DNA of 63,980 nt, counting the filler, from an uncultured Myxococcia bacterium (lineage in GTDB: Bacteria; CAZTWC01), in assembly GCA_964617105.1 (NCBI GenBank). It is 10 parts of 10 records of this genome, joined end to end, with 100 filler letters (N's around TTAATTAATTAA, not from the genome) between each part and the next. Parts side by side here need not be neighbours in the genome. Positions count along the whole stretch, not along the records: positions 13,431 to 19,921 come from CAZTWC010000219.1; positions 20,022 to 26,495 come from CAZTWC010000220.1; positions 26,596 to 33,062 come from CAZTWC010000221.1; 7 more parts are not named here. One strand, written 5' to 3'. The notes below the pieces were generated by a model. It ran no database searches. It saw only the letters and a list, made by a program, of their open reading frames with translations, and was not told the DNA's origin. The translations under genes were made by a program, and so were the position numbers. Shown here piece by piece: positions 18,320 to 27,984 of the stretch (within the stretch, counting starts at the first letter, position 1; each line of letters begins with the position of its first letter).

Positions 18320-18795
18320 GAAAGCCTCCCCTCATCTCGAAGTTGATATAATTCTCTTTTGGTCTCTTCAAACCAATGGTCGGCAGCCACTTCACTCATA
18401 ATGAAACCATATTTCCAGGAGGAGAGAACCTTGGTCAGCCATGCTTGGTATTGGTCTGACAAATAACCCGCTTTTTTTAACCGCCAAGCCATTGAGATCC
18501 GATATGCCTCCAGTTCGAATTTTTTCCTGAATGGACTGAATATCACCGGCAATACCAACAGGTAGAGAATTAGAGACCACCAGGTGCCATATTGCTCCTG
18601 TTGGCGGATGTGGACAGCTTCATGATACAGTAGCCCGTTGGGCTTTTTACCTCCGGCGATATAACCGTCCCAGGCATATTTAGTCATGTGAACTGTCCCA
18701 AAAATAGTGATGGTCATGCCCCAAAGGGAGGCCAATTTAGAATATTTGACCTTGATCTTTTCCAGGTCAAATTTGAACATGCTTTCAGAGTCCAT
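18316..18795 (-). CDS. HExxH zincin-like protein with hydrophobic segment
   Basis: ITIFG, LLYHEAVHIRQ, FELEAY. Confidence 0.6.
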   Translation of the reverse strand: MDSESMFKFDLEKIKVKYSKLASLWGMTITIFGTVHMTKYAWDGYIAGGKKPNGLLYHEAVHIRQQEQYGTWWSLILYLLVLPVIFSPFRKKFELEAYRISMAWRLKKAGYLSDQYQAWLTKVLSSWKYGFIMSEVAADHWFEETKRELYQLRDEGRLS

Positions 18796-18843
18796 TATTC
18801 ATCCTCCTTTCCATTCCCCTCTCATTTCCTTCTCCCTCTCCCT

Positions 18844-19194
18844 TTACTTCAAAACCGTATTGCTAATGATTCCCATAGCGGTGATCGCTAATGCTGCCAA
18901 CAACTGCCAATTGCGGATAATACTTTTTAGATGGGCATGCTGTTCTTTTACCAAGACTCGCAGTCCCTCATCGCCAGATAGTTTTTCTTTGATCTCATCG
19001 ATCCGTTCTAAAGTGGTGGCTGGATAGTTATCAATGGTAACAAGAAGTCTATCGATCCTCTCTGTCAACCGTTCAATCTTCGCGTTCTGACTGGCCTGGT
19101 TTTGCATCAGTTCCATGAATTTGGCCTGGGCATCCATGTGCCTTCCCACCACTCTGGTTATCTTGGTTTCCTCTCCCATCTTACTTACCTCCAA
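18844..19194 (-). CDS. Coiled-coil protein with C-terminal TM helix, holin/hemolysin-like
   Basis: Coiled coil then WQLLAALAITAMGII; SD GGAGG before ATG 19179; upstream of amidase. Confidence 0.5.
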   Translation of the reverse strand: MEVSKMGEETKITRVVGRHMDAQAKFMELMQNQASQNAKIERLTERIDRLLVTIDNYPATTLERIDEIKEKLSGDEGLRVLVKEQHAHLKSIIRNWQLLAALAITAMGIISNTVLK

Positions 19195-19209
19195 AAAACT
19201 ATATTTGAA

Positions 19210-19698
19210 TTAGGAATTGTTATCGGGTGACGGCGTTGGTGCCCACTGGAACCTCAACAACTTGTTTATCTTTGCTTCGATTATTTGCTGCTCTCGGTTG
19301 ACAGCAATTTTGCCTGCTAATACTGATAAAATTTGCTGTGCCTCAGTGTTGCTGCTGTCCTTTAACGCAGACTGTCCGCTGGGTAGTGAAGCCATGTACA
19401 CCTGGACAAAATCTGGTAGTTCTGCGAACTTTCTAGTCAGGTGGCCCATTATCTCCGGGCTCTTTTGCTTAAATTTAATCAACAGCAGTAAAAACCTGGC
19501 GCAATCCGGCACAGCGATCCAACGGTCAATCAGGTTTATCAGGGCCAGGTTGCCAATTTTTGCCCAGGTAAATCTCTCGTAAATGGCGCCCCAGCAGGGT
19601 AATGGATCTGAAACAACAAACCTGGCCATCTCGTCTAATCCCGGGTCATCGATACACTGGATGGTGCTGATAAATAGGTCCCTAAAGTTTAACGCCAT
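19210..19698 (-). CDS. Hypothetical protein
   Basis: Co-oriented in the phage-like operon; SD before MALNF. Confidence 0.55.
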   Translation of the reverse strand: MALNFRDLFISTIQCIDDPGLDEMARFVVSDPLPCWGAIYERFTWAKIGNLALINLIDRWIAVPDCARFLLLLIKFKQKSPEIMGHLTRKFAELPDFVQVYMASLPSGQSALKDSSNTEAQQILSVLAGKIAVNREQQIIEAKINKLLRFQWAPTPSPDNNS

Positions 19699-19711
19699 TC
19701 CATATCCCCCC

Positions 19712-19921
19712 TTAATCAATGCCAAAGATGTCAATGTTTATCCAAAGTTTATGGCCACTCTTGTTCCAGATAAAAACCTGATAATCTTTGTCATTACTGT
19801 TGATAGTAGATTTCTTCATCACCAGGCAGTGGATCTTGCTGGTATGGGCGCCCATGGCATAAGTAGGCTGCTCTGGCAGGTTCTTGGTGTTCACATAGTT
19901 GTAAGACAGAGCAATGTGATC
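19712..19921 (-). CDS. C-terminal fragment of a beta-rich protein (possibly tail/fibre)
   Basis: Frame open from contig end to TAA (..DYQVFIWNKSGHKLWINIDIFGID); product is inferred from position only. Confidence 0.4.
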   Translation of the reverse strand, partial: DHIALSYNYVNTKNLPEQPTYAMGAHTSKIHCLVMKKSTINSNDKDYQVFIWNKSGHKLWINIDIFGID

Positions 19922-20021
19922 NNNNNNNNNNNNNNNNNNNNNNNNNNNNNNNNNNNNNNNNNNNNTTAATTAATTAANNNNNNNNNNNNNNNNNNNNNNN
20001 NNNNNNNNNNNNNNNNNNNNN

Positions 20022-20753
20022 CCGATCAGCCATTTTTTGGCCTTTAAGTTCATTTACATCTTTAAAAATCAGGGTAAATTCCTCACCGCCGGTTCGGGCA
20101 AAAGTATCGTTTTCTCGGATGGTGGCCGATATTACTCCTGCCATGGTAGAGAGCACATAGTCGCCGGCTGCGTGTCCGTATGTATCGTTGACTTTCTTAA
20201 AATGATCGATATCAAAAGCCAGCAAAGAGAAAACCCCATTGGTTTTTTTATAATATTCAAACTCCGCCTTGAACTTATCTTCAAAGTATCGTTTGTTGTA
20301 TATTCTGGTTAATCCATCCTTGACCGCAGAATCGTATAATTTTTTCTGCATCTTCTCTTCGAGTTCGTCCTTGTAACTGAACTTTAAAACCGTTGATATC
20401 CCTATCTGGATCTTGTCACCATTATCCAGGAACTTTTCGGTAAATTTTTTTCCATTATAAAATATCCCGTTTGTGCTCTCCAGGTCTTTAATTTTGGTCC
20501 CCAGTTCGGTTCTGACAATTTTTGCGTGAATCCTGGAGATGCCGTCATCGTTGACTTGGATATCGGCGTCAGTTCCCCGTCCCAATTGATATTCACGATT
20601 TTTTAAATCGAACATCTGCCCGGCCATTTTACCGGTTAAAATAGTAATATAGGCACTTTTCTTGCCCATCTCTTCGGTCAGATCCTTGACTGACTTTATC
20701 ATGGTTTTGTCTTCATCCATGCTTTTTTCCTCCAAAATCAAACTAGTTCCCAT
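20022..20753 (-). CDS. FHA-domain diguanylate cyclase, 3' truncated
   Basis: LGR..ISRIHA..DLESTNG (FHA); DGLTRIYN, DIDHFKKVNDTYGH, GGEEF. Confidence 0.9.
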
Positions 20754-20867
20754 CCGCCCTCACCTTTTACTGCATCATAATTATATAGTCTTTATAATGG
20801 ATTTACAATTTTTTTTTGTCTATACACAACTAAATGATTTTTGGGCGATGGTCAGGGTTATATCAAT

Positions 20868-21656
20868 CTATTCGAGCGTCGAAGTTGGTGAAGGGCAGGA
20901 AGTTACATTTTTAAACTCTTCAGTTCTAAGGGCGCGGTTTACTATTTCTGCGGAGGGATCGAGATCTATTTGTTTGAATCTAATTTTTATCTTTACTTTT
21001 TCGCCCTGTGCAGTTTTGGCCTGGTAGATAATTTGGCTGGCCAGGGAGAAACCTTTTATGGTCATATATTTTTTATATTCCACTTGATAGTCCAGCCAGG
21101 GGCTATGGTATTTCATTTTTTTTAACCGTCCATCTTTAAACAGGGCCAGCCATTTTTCATCTTTTTTCCGAACACTGGACAGCCAGATGTTATCTTTTTT
21201 CTTATCATCCCTCTCTATTCCAACTCCCTGCTTAGAGGTAAAATAATCCCAACGCAAAAGCAGCAGGCTAATAATCTCGTCCAAAGGAGCAACAAAGGGT
21301 AGATAGTTTTCCGCCACTATTTTTTCTCTGCTCACGCATTGGTGCTGAGGAAAGAAGAGAAGGTAGTTTCCTTGGTTGTAAAGATAGAGCAATCGGGGCT
21401 CCATAAAAAAACCATAAAATTCCATGCGCAACTGGCCCGGATAGTTGATAACCACTGAACCCTGAATTCGATTTCTCTCGCCCCGCCAATTGAGATAGGC
21501 AGAAAAAGAACCGGCTAACCCCTGGATCGCTTTTATCTCCTGAGTTTTTTTTACTTTTCCTTTATCTCTACCCGGCAGGAAACAAGAGAAGGCGGCCAAA
21601 CAGATAAAAAGAAAAAAAGAGAGTAGAAGAATTTTCTTGGGATAATAACACGGCAC
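20868..21656 (-). CDS. LolB/DUF4292-like lipoprotein
   Basis: Lipobox FSC; GQLRMEFYGFF; follows TPR gene. Confidence 0.5.
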   Translation of the reverse strand: MPCYYPKKILLLSFFLFICLAAFSCFLPGRDKGKVKKTQEIKAIQGLAGSFSAYLNWRGERNRIQGSVVINYPGQLRMEFYGFFMEPRLLYLYNQGNYLLFFPQHQCVSREKIVAENYLPFVAPLDEIISLLLLRWDYFTSKQGVGIERDDKKKDNIWLSSVRKKDEKWLALFKDGRLKKMKYHSPWLDYQVEYKKYMTIKGFSLASQIIYQAKTAQGEKVKIKIRFKQIDLDPSAEIVNRALRTEEFKNVTSCPSPTSTLE

Positions 21657-21659
21657 GGT

Positions 21660-23429
21660 TTAGGGTTCTCCAGATGAAAACTGGCTTAATTTTTTTATTA
21701 CTGCGGCTCTAATTTTTTCATCCAGTTTGGTTTTCAGAGCCTGGCGAAAGTATCGTTGCGCTTCCGGGAGTTCACCCATCTTCAGGTAGATATCAGCCAG
21801 ATGGACAATAATAATTCCTTCTAACGGCGCTTTTTGAACCGCTTTTAGAAGCAGTAGCAAAGCACGTTTATATTCCCCTTTTCTATAGTACACCCACCCC
21901 AGACTGTCCAGAATATAGGCATCGTCTGGTTTTACACTCAAAGCACGCAACAACATCTTTTCTGCTAACTCCAGGTTTTCTCCCTGCTCAGCATAAGTGT
22001 AACCGATATAATTGAGGGCATAGGGGTTATCAGGATTTATCTGCAGAATATTCTGCATTATTTCCATGCTTTTAGCTTTTTTCTGCTGTTTTTCATACAA
22101 CAAAGCCAGGGAATAAAGCAACTGTTCACTTTTGGGAAATTTGTTGAGGGCATCATTGATAACTTCGACCGCTTTTTCAGTCATCTGGTTTTTTTCGTAA
22201 CGGGTGGACAGCGCTTCGTATAAATCCTGGTTATTGGGATAAGTGGTCAGGGCTTCTTTCAGAACCTGGACCGCTTCCTCTTTTCGGTCCATCTTTTGAT
22301 AAACCATGGATAACAGAATAACGGCGATGGGATAAAGACTATTTTGTCTGGAGACCATTTTATAGTGCTTTTCCGCTTCAGCTAATTTGCCCTGAGCCTG
22401 GTAACTCCTGCCTAAGTAAAAATCTACTCTTCTGTTTTTGGGAAAAAAAGATTTCAATTTTAGAAAAATCTCCCTGGCTTCAGTATATTTTCCCTTAAGA
22501 TAGTAGGAATTGCCCAGGCGCAGCAAGTTATCCAAATGCTCTGGATTTACATCGATTAACTGGTGGACATAAGCCCTGGAGGTGGCAACATCACCGATAT
22601 TATGATAATAATTGGCCAGATTTAAGATATATTTTGGGTTATGGTAGTCGTATTTCATCGCCTCCAGGGTCAACTGGATTGCCATATGAAAATCTTTTTT
22701 CACTTCGTAAACATACTGAAGGGCCAAAACAATTTTACCCTCGGTGGGGTCCAACTGAAAAGCCTTAAGCAAATATTTTTCCGCTGCTTCCAGGTTATCT
22801 CTGACAATATTCAAATAACCCAGTTTATAATAACCTATTGATGATCCCGATCTATTCAGGATCATTCTCTGGTAAATATTTTCGGCCCGCTTATAATCTT
22901 TATCTTTTATATAAATTCCACCAAGTATAAGATAGGCTTCCATCTGGGTTGGATCTTTGGCCAGCAAAATTTCCAGGGTGTGAATAACCTCTCTCTTTTT
23001 ATTGAGGGCAAGATAGACCCGGGCGGTCAAAAGATAGGCCGGAAAATAGCCGCTGTCTATCTCTTCCACGATTATTTTTAACTGTTCCAGGCACTTGTTG
23101 GGATTGGCCAGCCTGAAATAAAGGCCAGCTAACTTCAACCGCAAAAATACCGATTGATTATCAAACAGAATAGCCCGCTCCATCTCTTCGGCGGCTTTTT
23201 GATTATGACCTAAAAATTCATTTTTTTTGGCGTTGATATAATAAAGATAGGCGGTGGATTGCCCGGAGATATTGCAGTCAATTTTAGCGCATAGTTTTTG
23301 CCGGTTATAGGAAGATCTTTCAGTTAGAGAGGGTTTGCGAAGGTGCAAAGAGGTTAAGCTACAGTTTAGAACCAGGCTTTGGAGTAATACAAGGAGAATG
23401 AAATATTTTATCCGAAAAGCACGAGTCAA
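21660..23429 (-). CDS. TPR-repeat lipoprotein
   Basis: Many TPRs; ALNYIGYTYAE, YILDSLGWVYY. Confidence 0.9.
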   Translation of the reverse strand: MTRAFRIKYFILLVLLQSLVLNCSLTSLHLRKPSLTERSSYNRQKLCAKIDCNISGQSTAYLYYINAKKNEFLGHNQKAAEEMERAILFDNQSVFLRLKLAGLYFRLANPNKCLEQLKIIVEEIDSGYFPAYLLTARVYLALNKKREVIHTLEILLAKDPTQMEAYLILGGIYIKDKDYKRAENIYQRMILNRSGSSIGYYKLGYLNIVRDNLEAAEKYLLKAFQLDPTEGKIVLALQYVYEVKKDFHMAIQLTLEAMKYDYHNPKYILNLANYYHNIGDVATSRAYVHQLIDVNPEHLDNLLRLGNSYYLKGKYTEAREIFLKLKSFFPKNRRVDFYLGRSYQAQGKLAEAEKHYKMVSRQNSLYPIAVILLSMVYQKMDRKEEAVQVLKEALTTYPNNQDLYEALSTRYEKNQMTEKAVEVINDALNKFPKSEQLLYSLALLYEKQQKKAKSMEIMQNILQINPDNPYALNYIGYTYAEQGENLELAEKMLLRALSVKPDDAYILDSLGWVYYRKGEYKRALLLLLKAVQKAPLEGIIIVHLADIYLKMGELPEAQRYFRQALKTKLDEKIRAAVIKKLSQFSSGEP

Positions 23430-23450
23430 TCGTTTACCTCACTCCGGAAA

Positions 23451-23651
23451 TTAATTAACCAGGGGATAGTGACCCATCTGGGTCAACATCTTTACCATCT
23501 CTTCCTGGTGATCTCTGTCCAATACAATCATTCTATTGGATAATTCCATCCATTTCCACTCTTTTGACGATAAAATATTGGTTACCTCCTGAAAAACATC
23601 CTCATCTTTGAACTCAATAATAGCCAACTCTTTATGAATTTTCAACGTCAT
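23451..23651 (-). CDS. Small hypothetical protein downstream of XPB
   Basis: AAGGAG SD before MTLKIHK. Confidence 0.55.
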   Translation of the reverse strand: MTLKIHKELAIIEFKDEDVFQEVTNILSSKEWKWMELSNRMIVLDRDHQEEMVKMLTQMGHYPLVN

Positions 23652-23661
23652 TGTAGACTCC

Positions 23662-25329
23662 TTATGCATCTTCAATATCGTATAGGTAACCTTGCTCGGT
23701 TAAAAAAAGTTGCCGTTTCAGGGCGTATTCCTCTTCTACTGTGTCTAAAGAAACCAGGGTAAAAAAATTGGCGGTTTGACCGTTTTTTTTAGGGCGTAAA
23801 ATCCGGCCAAGACGCTGTGCTTCTTCTTGCCGGGAGCCAAAGGTTCCTGAAAGTTGGATGGCCACATTGGCATCGGGCAGATCTATGGCAAAATTACCAA
23901 CTTTGGATACTATAATGGTTTTCAGTTCCCCTCGGCGAAATCGGGAGTATAGATCTTCCCTTTCATTAGTCGGTGTTTTTCCCTGGATCAGGGGGATTTT
24001 AAACTTGCTGGACACTTCCTGCAATTGTGACAAATAGTGGCCGATAATTAATACCAGATCATCTTCATGTTGAGACAACAATTTTCTTAACACTACTTCT
24101 TTGTTATAATTTTCCGCCGCTATTCTAAACTGCTGCCGTAAAGTGGCGGTAGAATACTCAAAGCGGAGTTCAGGTGGTAGAGCAATCCTGAGCTCATGGC
24201 AATTAGCGGTGGCAATCCACCCCTGTTTTTCCAAAACCTTCCAGGGCACATCGTATTTTTTGGGGCCGATAAGGCTGAATACATCGTCCTCCCGGCCATC
24301 TTCTCTCACCAGGGTGGCGGTTAATCCCAATCTTCTTCTAGCCTGAATTTGCGAGGTAATACGAAAAACCGGGGCTGGTAAAAGGTGCACTTCGTCATAA
24401 ATAATCAAACCCCATTTCTCGGAGAGAACCAGGTCCAGGTGGAGATAACCTTTCTCTTTTTCCCGGCGGTAGGTGAGAAGTTGATAGGTGGTAATGGTTA
24501 TGGGGCGGATATTTTTGATCTCTCCCGTGTATTCACCCACATCACTCTCTTTGAGATTGGTCTTGTCCAGTAACTCTCTCTTCCACTGTTTGACCGCGCT
24601 GATAGAGGTGCACAGGATCAGGGTATAACATCTCAGGTAACTCATCACCGCCATGCCCACAATGGTTTTTCCCGCTCCACAGGGGAGAACTATAACTCCA
24701 TTTCCACCAATAGATTTTCCGCCGGCATAAAAGATACGGGAGGCATCTCTCTGGTATTCCCGCAGTTGAAAAGGCTCTCCTTCCGAAGTAAACTGCTCGA
24801 ACTCTATATCATAAGACTCCCCCTCTATGTACCCCGCCTGGTCATCTACCGGAAAGCCTATTTTTATTAAAACCTGTTTTAAAAGTCCGCGGTTTGATTT
24901 ATCAACCTGAATTGTACTATCACTTAACCATTTTTTTAAATATGGCTGGACTTTTTTATGGCTCCAAATGGTCCTTAGAATATGTTGCTCATCGCAATGG
25001 AGCAATAACTCATCTCCATCTTGGATCATTTTTAAGCGGCCGTAACGGCCCATTTGCTCCTCTATCTCTTTTTTCACATTGGCTGGTATCGAATATTTAT
25101 TGAACTCTTCCAGAATTTTCAGGACCTTATCGCTGTTTAAGCCGGTGGAGGCCGCGTTCCATAAAGATAGGGGGGAAATACGATAGGAATGGATATGCTC
25201 CGGACTTTTTACCAGTTCAGCAAAGCGGCCGATATGGTCTCTGGCTTCAGAATATCTGGGATTTTCCACTTCCACCAGGATCGAGTAGTCGCTTTGAGTT
25301 ATCAATGGATTATCAAGTTTACTCGCCAT
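23662..25329 (-). CDS. XPB/Rad25-like DNA repair helicase
   Basis: LVKSPEHIH, LREYQ, LPCGAGKT, DEVH, LGLTAT, QRLGRILR. Confidence 0.93.
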   Translation of the reverse strand: MASKLDNPLITQSDYSILVEVENPRYSEARDHIGRFAELVKSPEHIHSYRISPLSLWNAASTGLNSDKVLKILEEFNKYSIPANVKKEIEEQMGRYGRLKMIQDGDELLLHCDEQHILRTIWSHKKVQPYLKKWLSDSTIQVDKSNRGLLKQVLIKIGFPVDDQAGYIEGESYDIEFEQFTSEGEPFQLREYQRDASRIFYAGGKSIGGNGVIVLPCGAGKTIVGMAVMSYLRCYTLILCTSISAVKQWKRELLDKTNLKESDVGEYTGEIKNIRPITITTYQLLTYRREKEKGYLHLDLVLSEKWGLIIYDEVHLLPAPVFRITSQIQARRRLGLTATLVREDGREDDVFSLIGPKKYDVPWKVLEKQGWIATANCHELRIALPPELRFEYSTATLRQQFRIAAENYNKEVVLRKLLSQHEDDLVLIIGHYLSQLQEVSSKFKIPLIQGKTPTNEREDLYSRFRRGELKTIIVSKVGNFAIDLPDANVAIQLSGTFGSRQEEAQRLGRILRPKKNGQTANFFTLVSLDTVEEEYALKRQLFLTEQGYLYDIEDA

Positions 25330-25351
25330 TAATTTTCATACCTCCTACGAA

Positions 25352-25391
25352 GGGCGCTTACAAAAATAATAACTTATTTTTGTAAGCGCCC
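25352..25391. repeat. Perfect 18-bp inverted repeat, 4-nt loop
   Basis: GGGCGCTTACAAAAATAA-taac-TTATTTTTGTAAGCGCCC. Confidence 0.9.
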
Positions 25392-25399
25392 CTTATCGT

Positions 25400-26335
25400 T
25401 TAGGAATCCAAGGTGAAAGAGAGTTGGGTCATAAAACGATGCCGGCGGGGCTCATCGTTTACCATTTGCCGGTAACCAAAATCTATTCCTATTTTAGGCC
25501 CGTTCCAGCCGATACCAAGGGAAATACTATGCAAATTGCGATTTTGAGTATCACGCTGTTGCCCAAAATTATAACCACCCCTGATAACGAAATTATTTTG
25601 ATAATATTCAACCCCAGTCATATATTCAAAACTGGTATGTTTGTAGGTGGCGTAATCTATCAGCCAGTCAAAAGTAAAATTGCATATTTGCGGCCAGCGG
25701 TAGGCAATAGCGGTGGCCATGGAAAGGGGCATAGATTTACTACCCGAATTGATTAAATTATATCCAATTATAGAGCCGGTAACCTGGGGGGCAATCAGGT
25801 AAAACAGGGAAAGATCCGCTGATGCGGCATCCACAGTGCCGGCATTGGTTAATTTTACATCAAAATACTTTATGCTTCCTCCAATAAACATGGTAGTGCT
25901 CAGAGGATATGATAGAGCCAGATCGATTCGGTGACCTTTTCTGCCCCCAGTTAACTCTTTTTGATCTTCCAGATAGGTGTAAGAGATACCCGCACCCAGG
26001 GTGGAAGTTTTAGTATCAACTATTGATACATTAATATAATAATCATCTCTTTTTTTAAACCACCCTAATCCACCTTCAACCGTGTAACTCTTTTGCTGTT
26101 CCATGGCAGCGGCATTGACAAATATCGCATCGTTTCCCAATGCCAGTGCCCGGTAGGCTCCTCCAGCGCTAAAACTACGGACCGGTTCAAACTGGATTGT
26201 CTCCAGGGCATAACATACTGAGGTCAAACCAAAATTCAGTATCGTTAAAATAATAAAAATAACTGTAGTTATATATAATTTACGCATAAAATCATAAAGA
26301 AAATTAATGGATACCGTACTATATATTAATTGCAA
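25400..26335 (-). CDS. Outer-membrane beta-barrel protein (FadL/PorV-like)
   Basis: Signal peptide; RSFSAGGAYRA..DAIFVNAA; amphipathic strands. Confidence 0.65.
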   Translation of the reverse strand: MQLIYSTVSINFLYDFMRKLYITTVIFIILTILNFGLTSVCYALETIQFEPVRSFSAGGAYRALALGNDAIFVNAAAMEQQKSYTVEGGLGWFKKRDDYYINVSIVDTKTSTLGAGISYTYLEDQKELTGGRKGHRIDLALSYPLSTTMFIGGSIKYFDVKLTNAGTVDAASADLSLFYLIAPQVTGSIIGYNLINSGSKSMPLSMATAIAYRWPQICNFTFDWLIDYATYKHTSFEYMTGVEYYQNNFVIRGGYNFGQQRDTQNRNLHSISLGIGWNGPKIGIDFGYRQMVNDEPRRHRFMTQLSFTLDS

Positions 26336-26394
26336 ATTGATAACAAGCTTATTGATAAATTGAGTCGAAATAAGTTATACTCAATAGACTCATT

Positions 26395-26434
26395 TTAAAA
26401 ACGAAAAGAATTCCCGGGATTTCAATCCCTGGTT
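26395..26434 (+). repeat. Dispersed palindromic repeat, copy C
   Basis: TTAAAAACGAAAAGAATTCCCGGGATTTCAATCCCTGGTT. Confidence 0.8.
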
Positions 26435-26659
26435 ATTTACTTCCACTATTAATGAATTTGGGTGAATATTGAACAACCACGAATCTACACAACTTNNNNN
26501 NNNNNNNNNNNNNNNNNNNNNNNNNNNNNNNNNNNNNNNTTAATTAATTAANNNNNNNNNNNNNNNNNNNNNNNNNNNNNNNNNNNNNNNNNNNNACTGC
26601 ACTCTTCCTAAGCAAGAATGAATGAAATATTTTGATACCAAAGGCTGATAGGAGGTCAG

Positions 26660-27568
26660 ATGTATAGCAACGCTTCGGTAAATTTACCTGATACAGAATT
26701 GATGGGCCAGGGACATTTGGCTTGCCAGGGGTGTGGGGCCACCATTGCCATGCGCTTTGCTCTCAAGGCATTTGGCGATAATACTGTCATTGTGGTTCCT
26801 GCCTGTTGCTGGACAGTTATTAGCGGTCCTTTCCCTTACTCCAATTTGAATATACCTATGCTCCACACCGCTTTTGAAACTACAGGTGCGGCGGCTACCG
26901 GTGTCAGGGCTGCCTTAGATATGCAAGGAAAGACCGATGTCACTGTGGTAGGTTGGGCTGGTGATGGTGGCACTTTTGATATCGGCCTGCAGTCTTTGAG
27001 CGGCGCGGCTGAACGTAACGAGGATATTATTTATTGTTGTTATGATAACGAAGCCTACATGAATACCGGAATCCAGCGCTCCTCGGCTACACCCATGATG
27101 GCCTGGACCACCACCACACCCGCCAGCCATCCCAAGGAAACGGCCAAGAAAAATATAGTAGAGATCATGGCTGCTCATCATATCCCCTACGTGGCCACCT
27201 GCAATATAGCCTTTCCGGAAGATTTTATCGCCAAACTAAAAAAAGCCCAGGAACTCAAGGGTACCAAATTTTTACACATCCTCGCTCCCTGCCCGGCGGG
27301 CTGGAAGATCCCTTCCGACGAAACTATCAATATCGCCAGGCTTGCCAGTGACTGTAATGTGTTTCCCCTTTACGAGATAATCGATGGAGATGAATACAAC
27401 ATTACCTATTCTCCTCGTAACACGCCGGTAAATGAATATCTGAAACGGCAGGCCCGCTTTGGTCACCTGAGTGAAGATCAGATGGACTATATCCAGGATC
27501 GGGTTAATTTTGAATGGGAGAGGTTGTTGCACAAGTCGATGATGGAGCGGTTTGAGGTAAACCGCTAG
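26660..27568 (+). CDS. porB: Pyruvate/2-oxoacid:ferredoxin oxidoreductase beta subunit
   Basis: GHLACQGCG, GDGGTFDIG, YDNEAYMNTGIQRS, PCPAGW. Confidence 0.9.
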   Translation: MYSNASVNLPDTELMGQGHLACQGCGATIAMRFALKAFGDNTVIVVPACCWTVISGPFPYSNLNIPMLHTAFETTGAAATGVRAALDMQGKTDVTVVGWAGDGGTFDIGLQSLSGAAERNEDIIYCCYDNEAYMNTGIQRSSATPMMAWTTTTPASHPKETAKKNIVEIMAAHHIPYVATCNIAFPEDFIAKLKKAQELKGTKFLHILAPCPAGWKIPSDETINIARLASDCNVFPLYEIIDGDEYNITYSPRNTPVNEYLKRQARFGHLSEDQMDYIQDRVNFEWERLLHKSMMERFEVNR

Positions 27569-27577
27569 TGAGTGCCG

Positions 27578-27603
27578 TGTCAAGCGACATCAGTCACTTG
27601 ACA
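27578..27603. terminator. Hairpin between convergent genes
   Basis: TGTCAAGCGAC-atca-GTCACTTGACA; no clear U-tract. Confidence 0.4.
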
Positions 27604-27611
27604 GAGGGAAA

Positions 27612-27896
27612 CTAGTGCACATAGAACTCATCTACCAGATTGTCCATTATGGCCACCTGGCGGGAAAGTCCTGGATAGTAGTTATCGCTATCAATAATTT
27701 CCATTAATTTTTGTGAGGCTATCAGCAATCTCAGGGCGTACTCCTGGTTGGCCAGATGCTGTTCGCTTTTGGTGTACTGATACACGTCCATGGAGGTTGA
27801 ATATTGGATCAAAGCCCGGGCGGTGATCTTGGTGATAGATTCTTTCAACCCTTTTTCTGAATGGGATTTGCTGCTTAATTGGTTTTGAGAAATCAT
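27612..27896 (-). CDS. Hypothetical protein
   Basis: GGAG SD; 94 aa. Confidence 0.5.
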   Translation of the reverse strand: MISQNQLSSKSHSEKGLKESITKITARALIQYSTSMDVYQYTKSEQHLANQEYALRLLIASQKLMEIIDSDNYYPGLSRQVAIMDNLVDEFYVH

Positions 27897-27984
27897 GATG
27901 AACTCCAGTTTGATGCAGATTGGAATGTGGATGCAGTCTCTAATGTATTAAATCGGCATTTTACCGGAGATATTTAAAACACAC

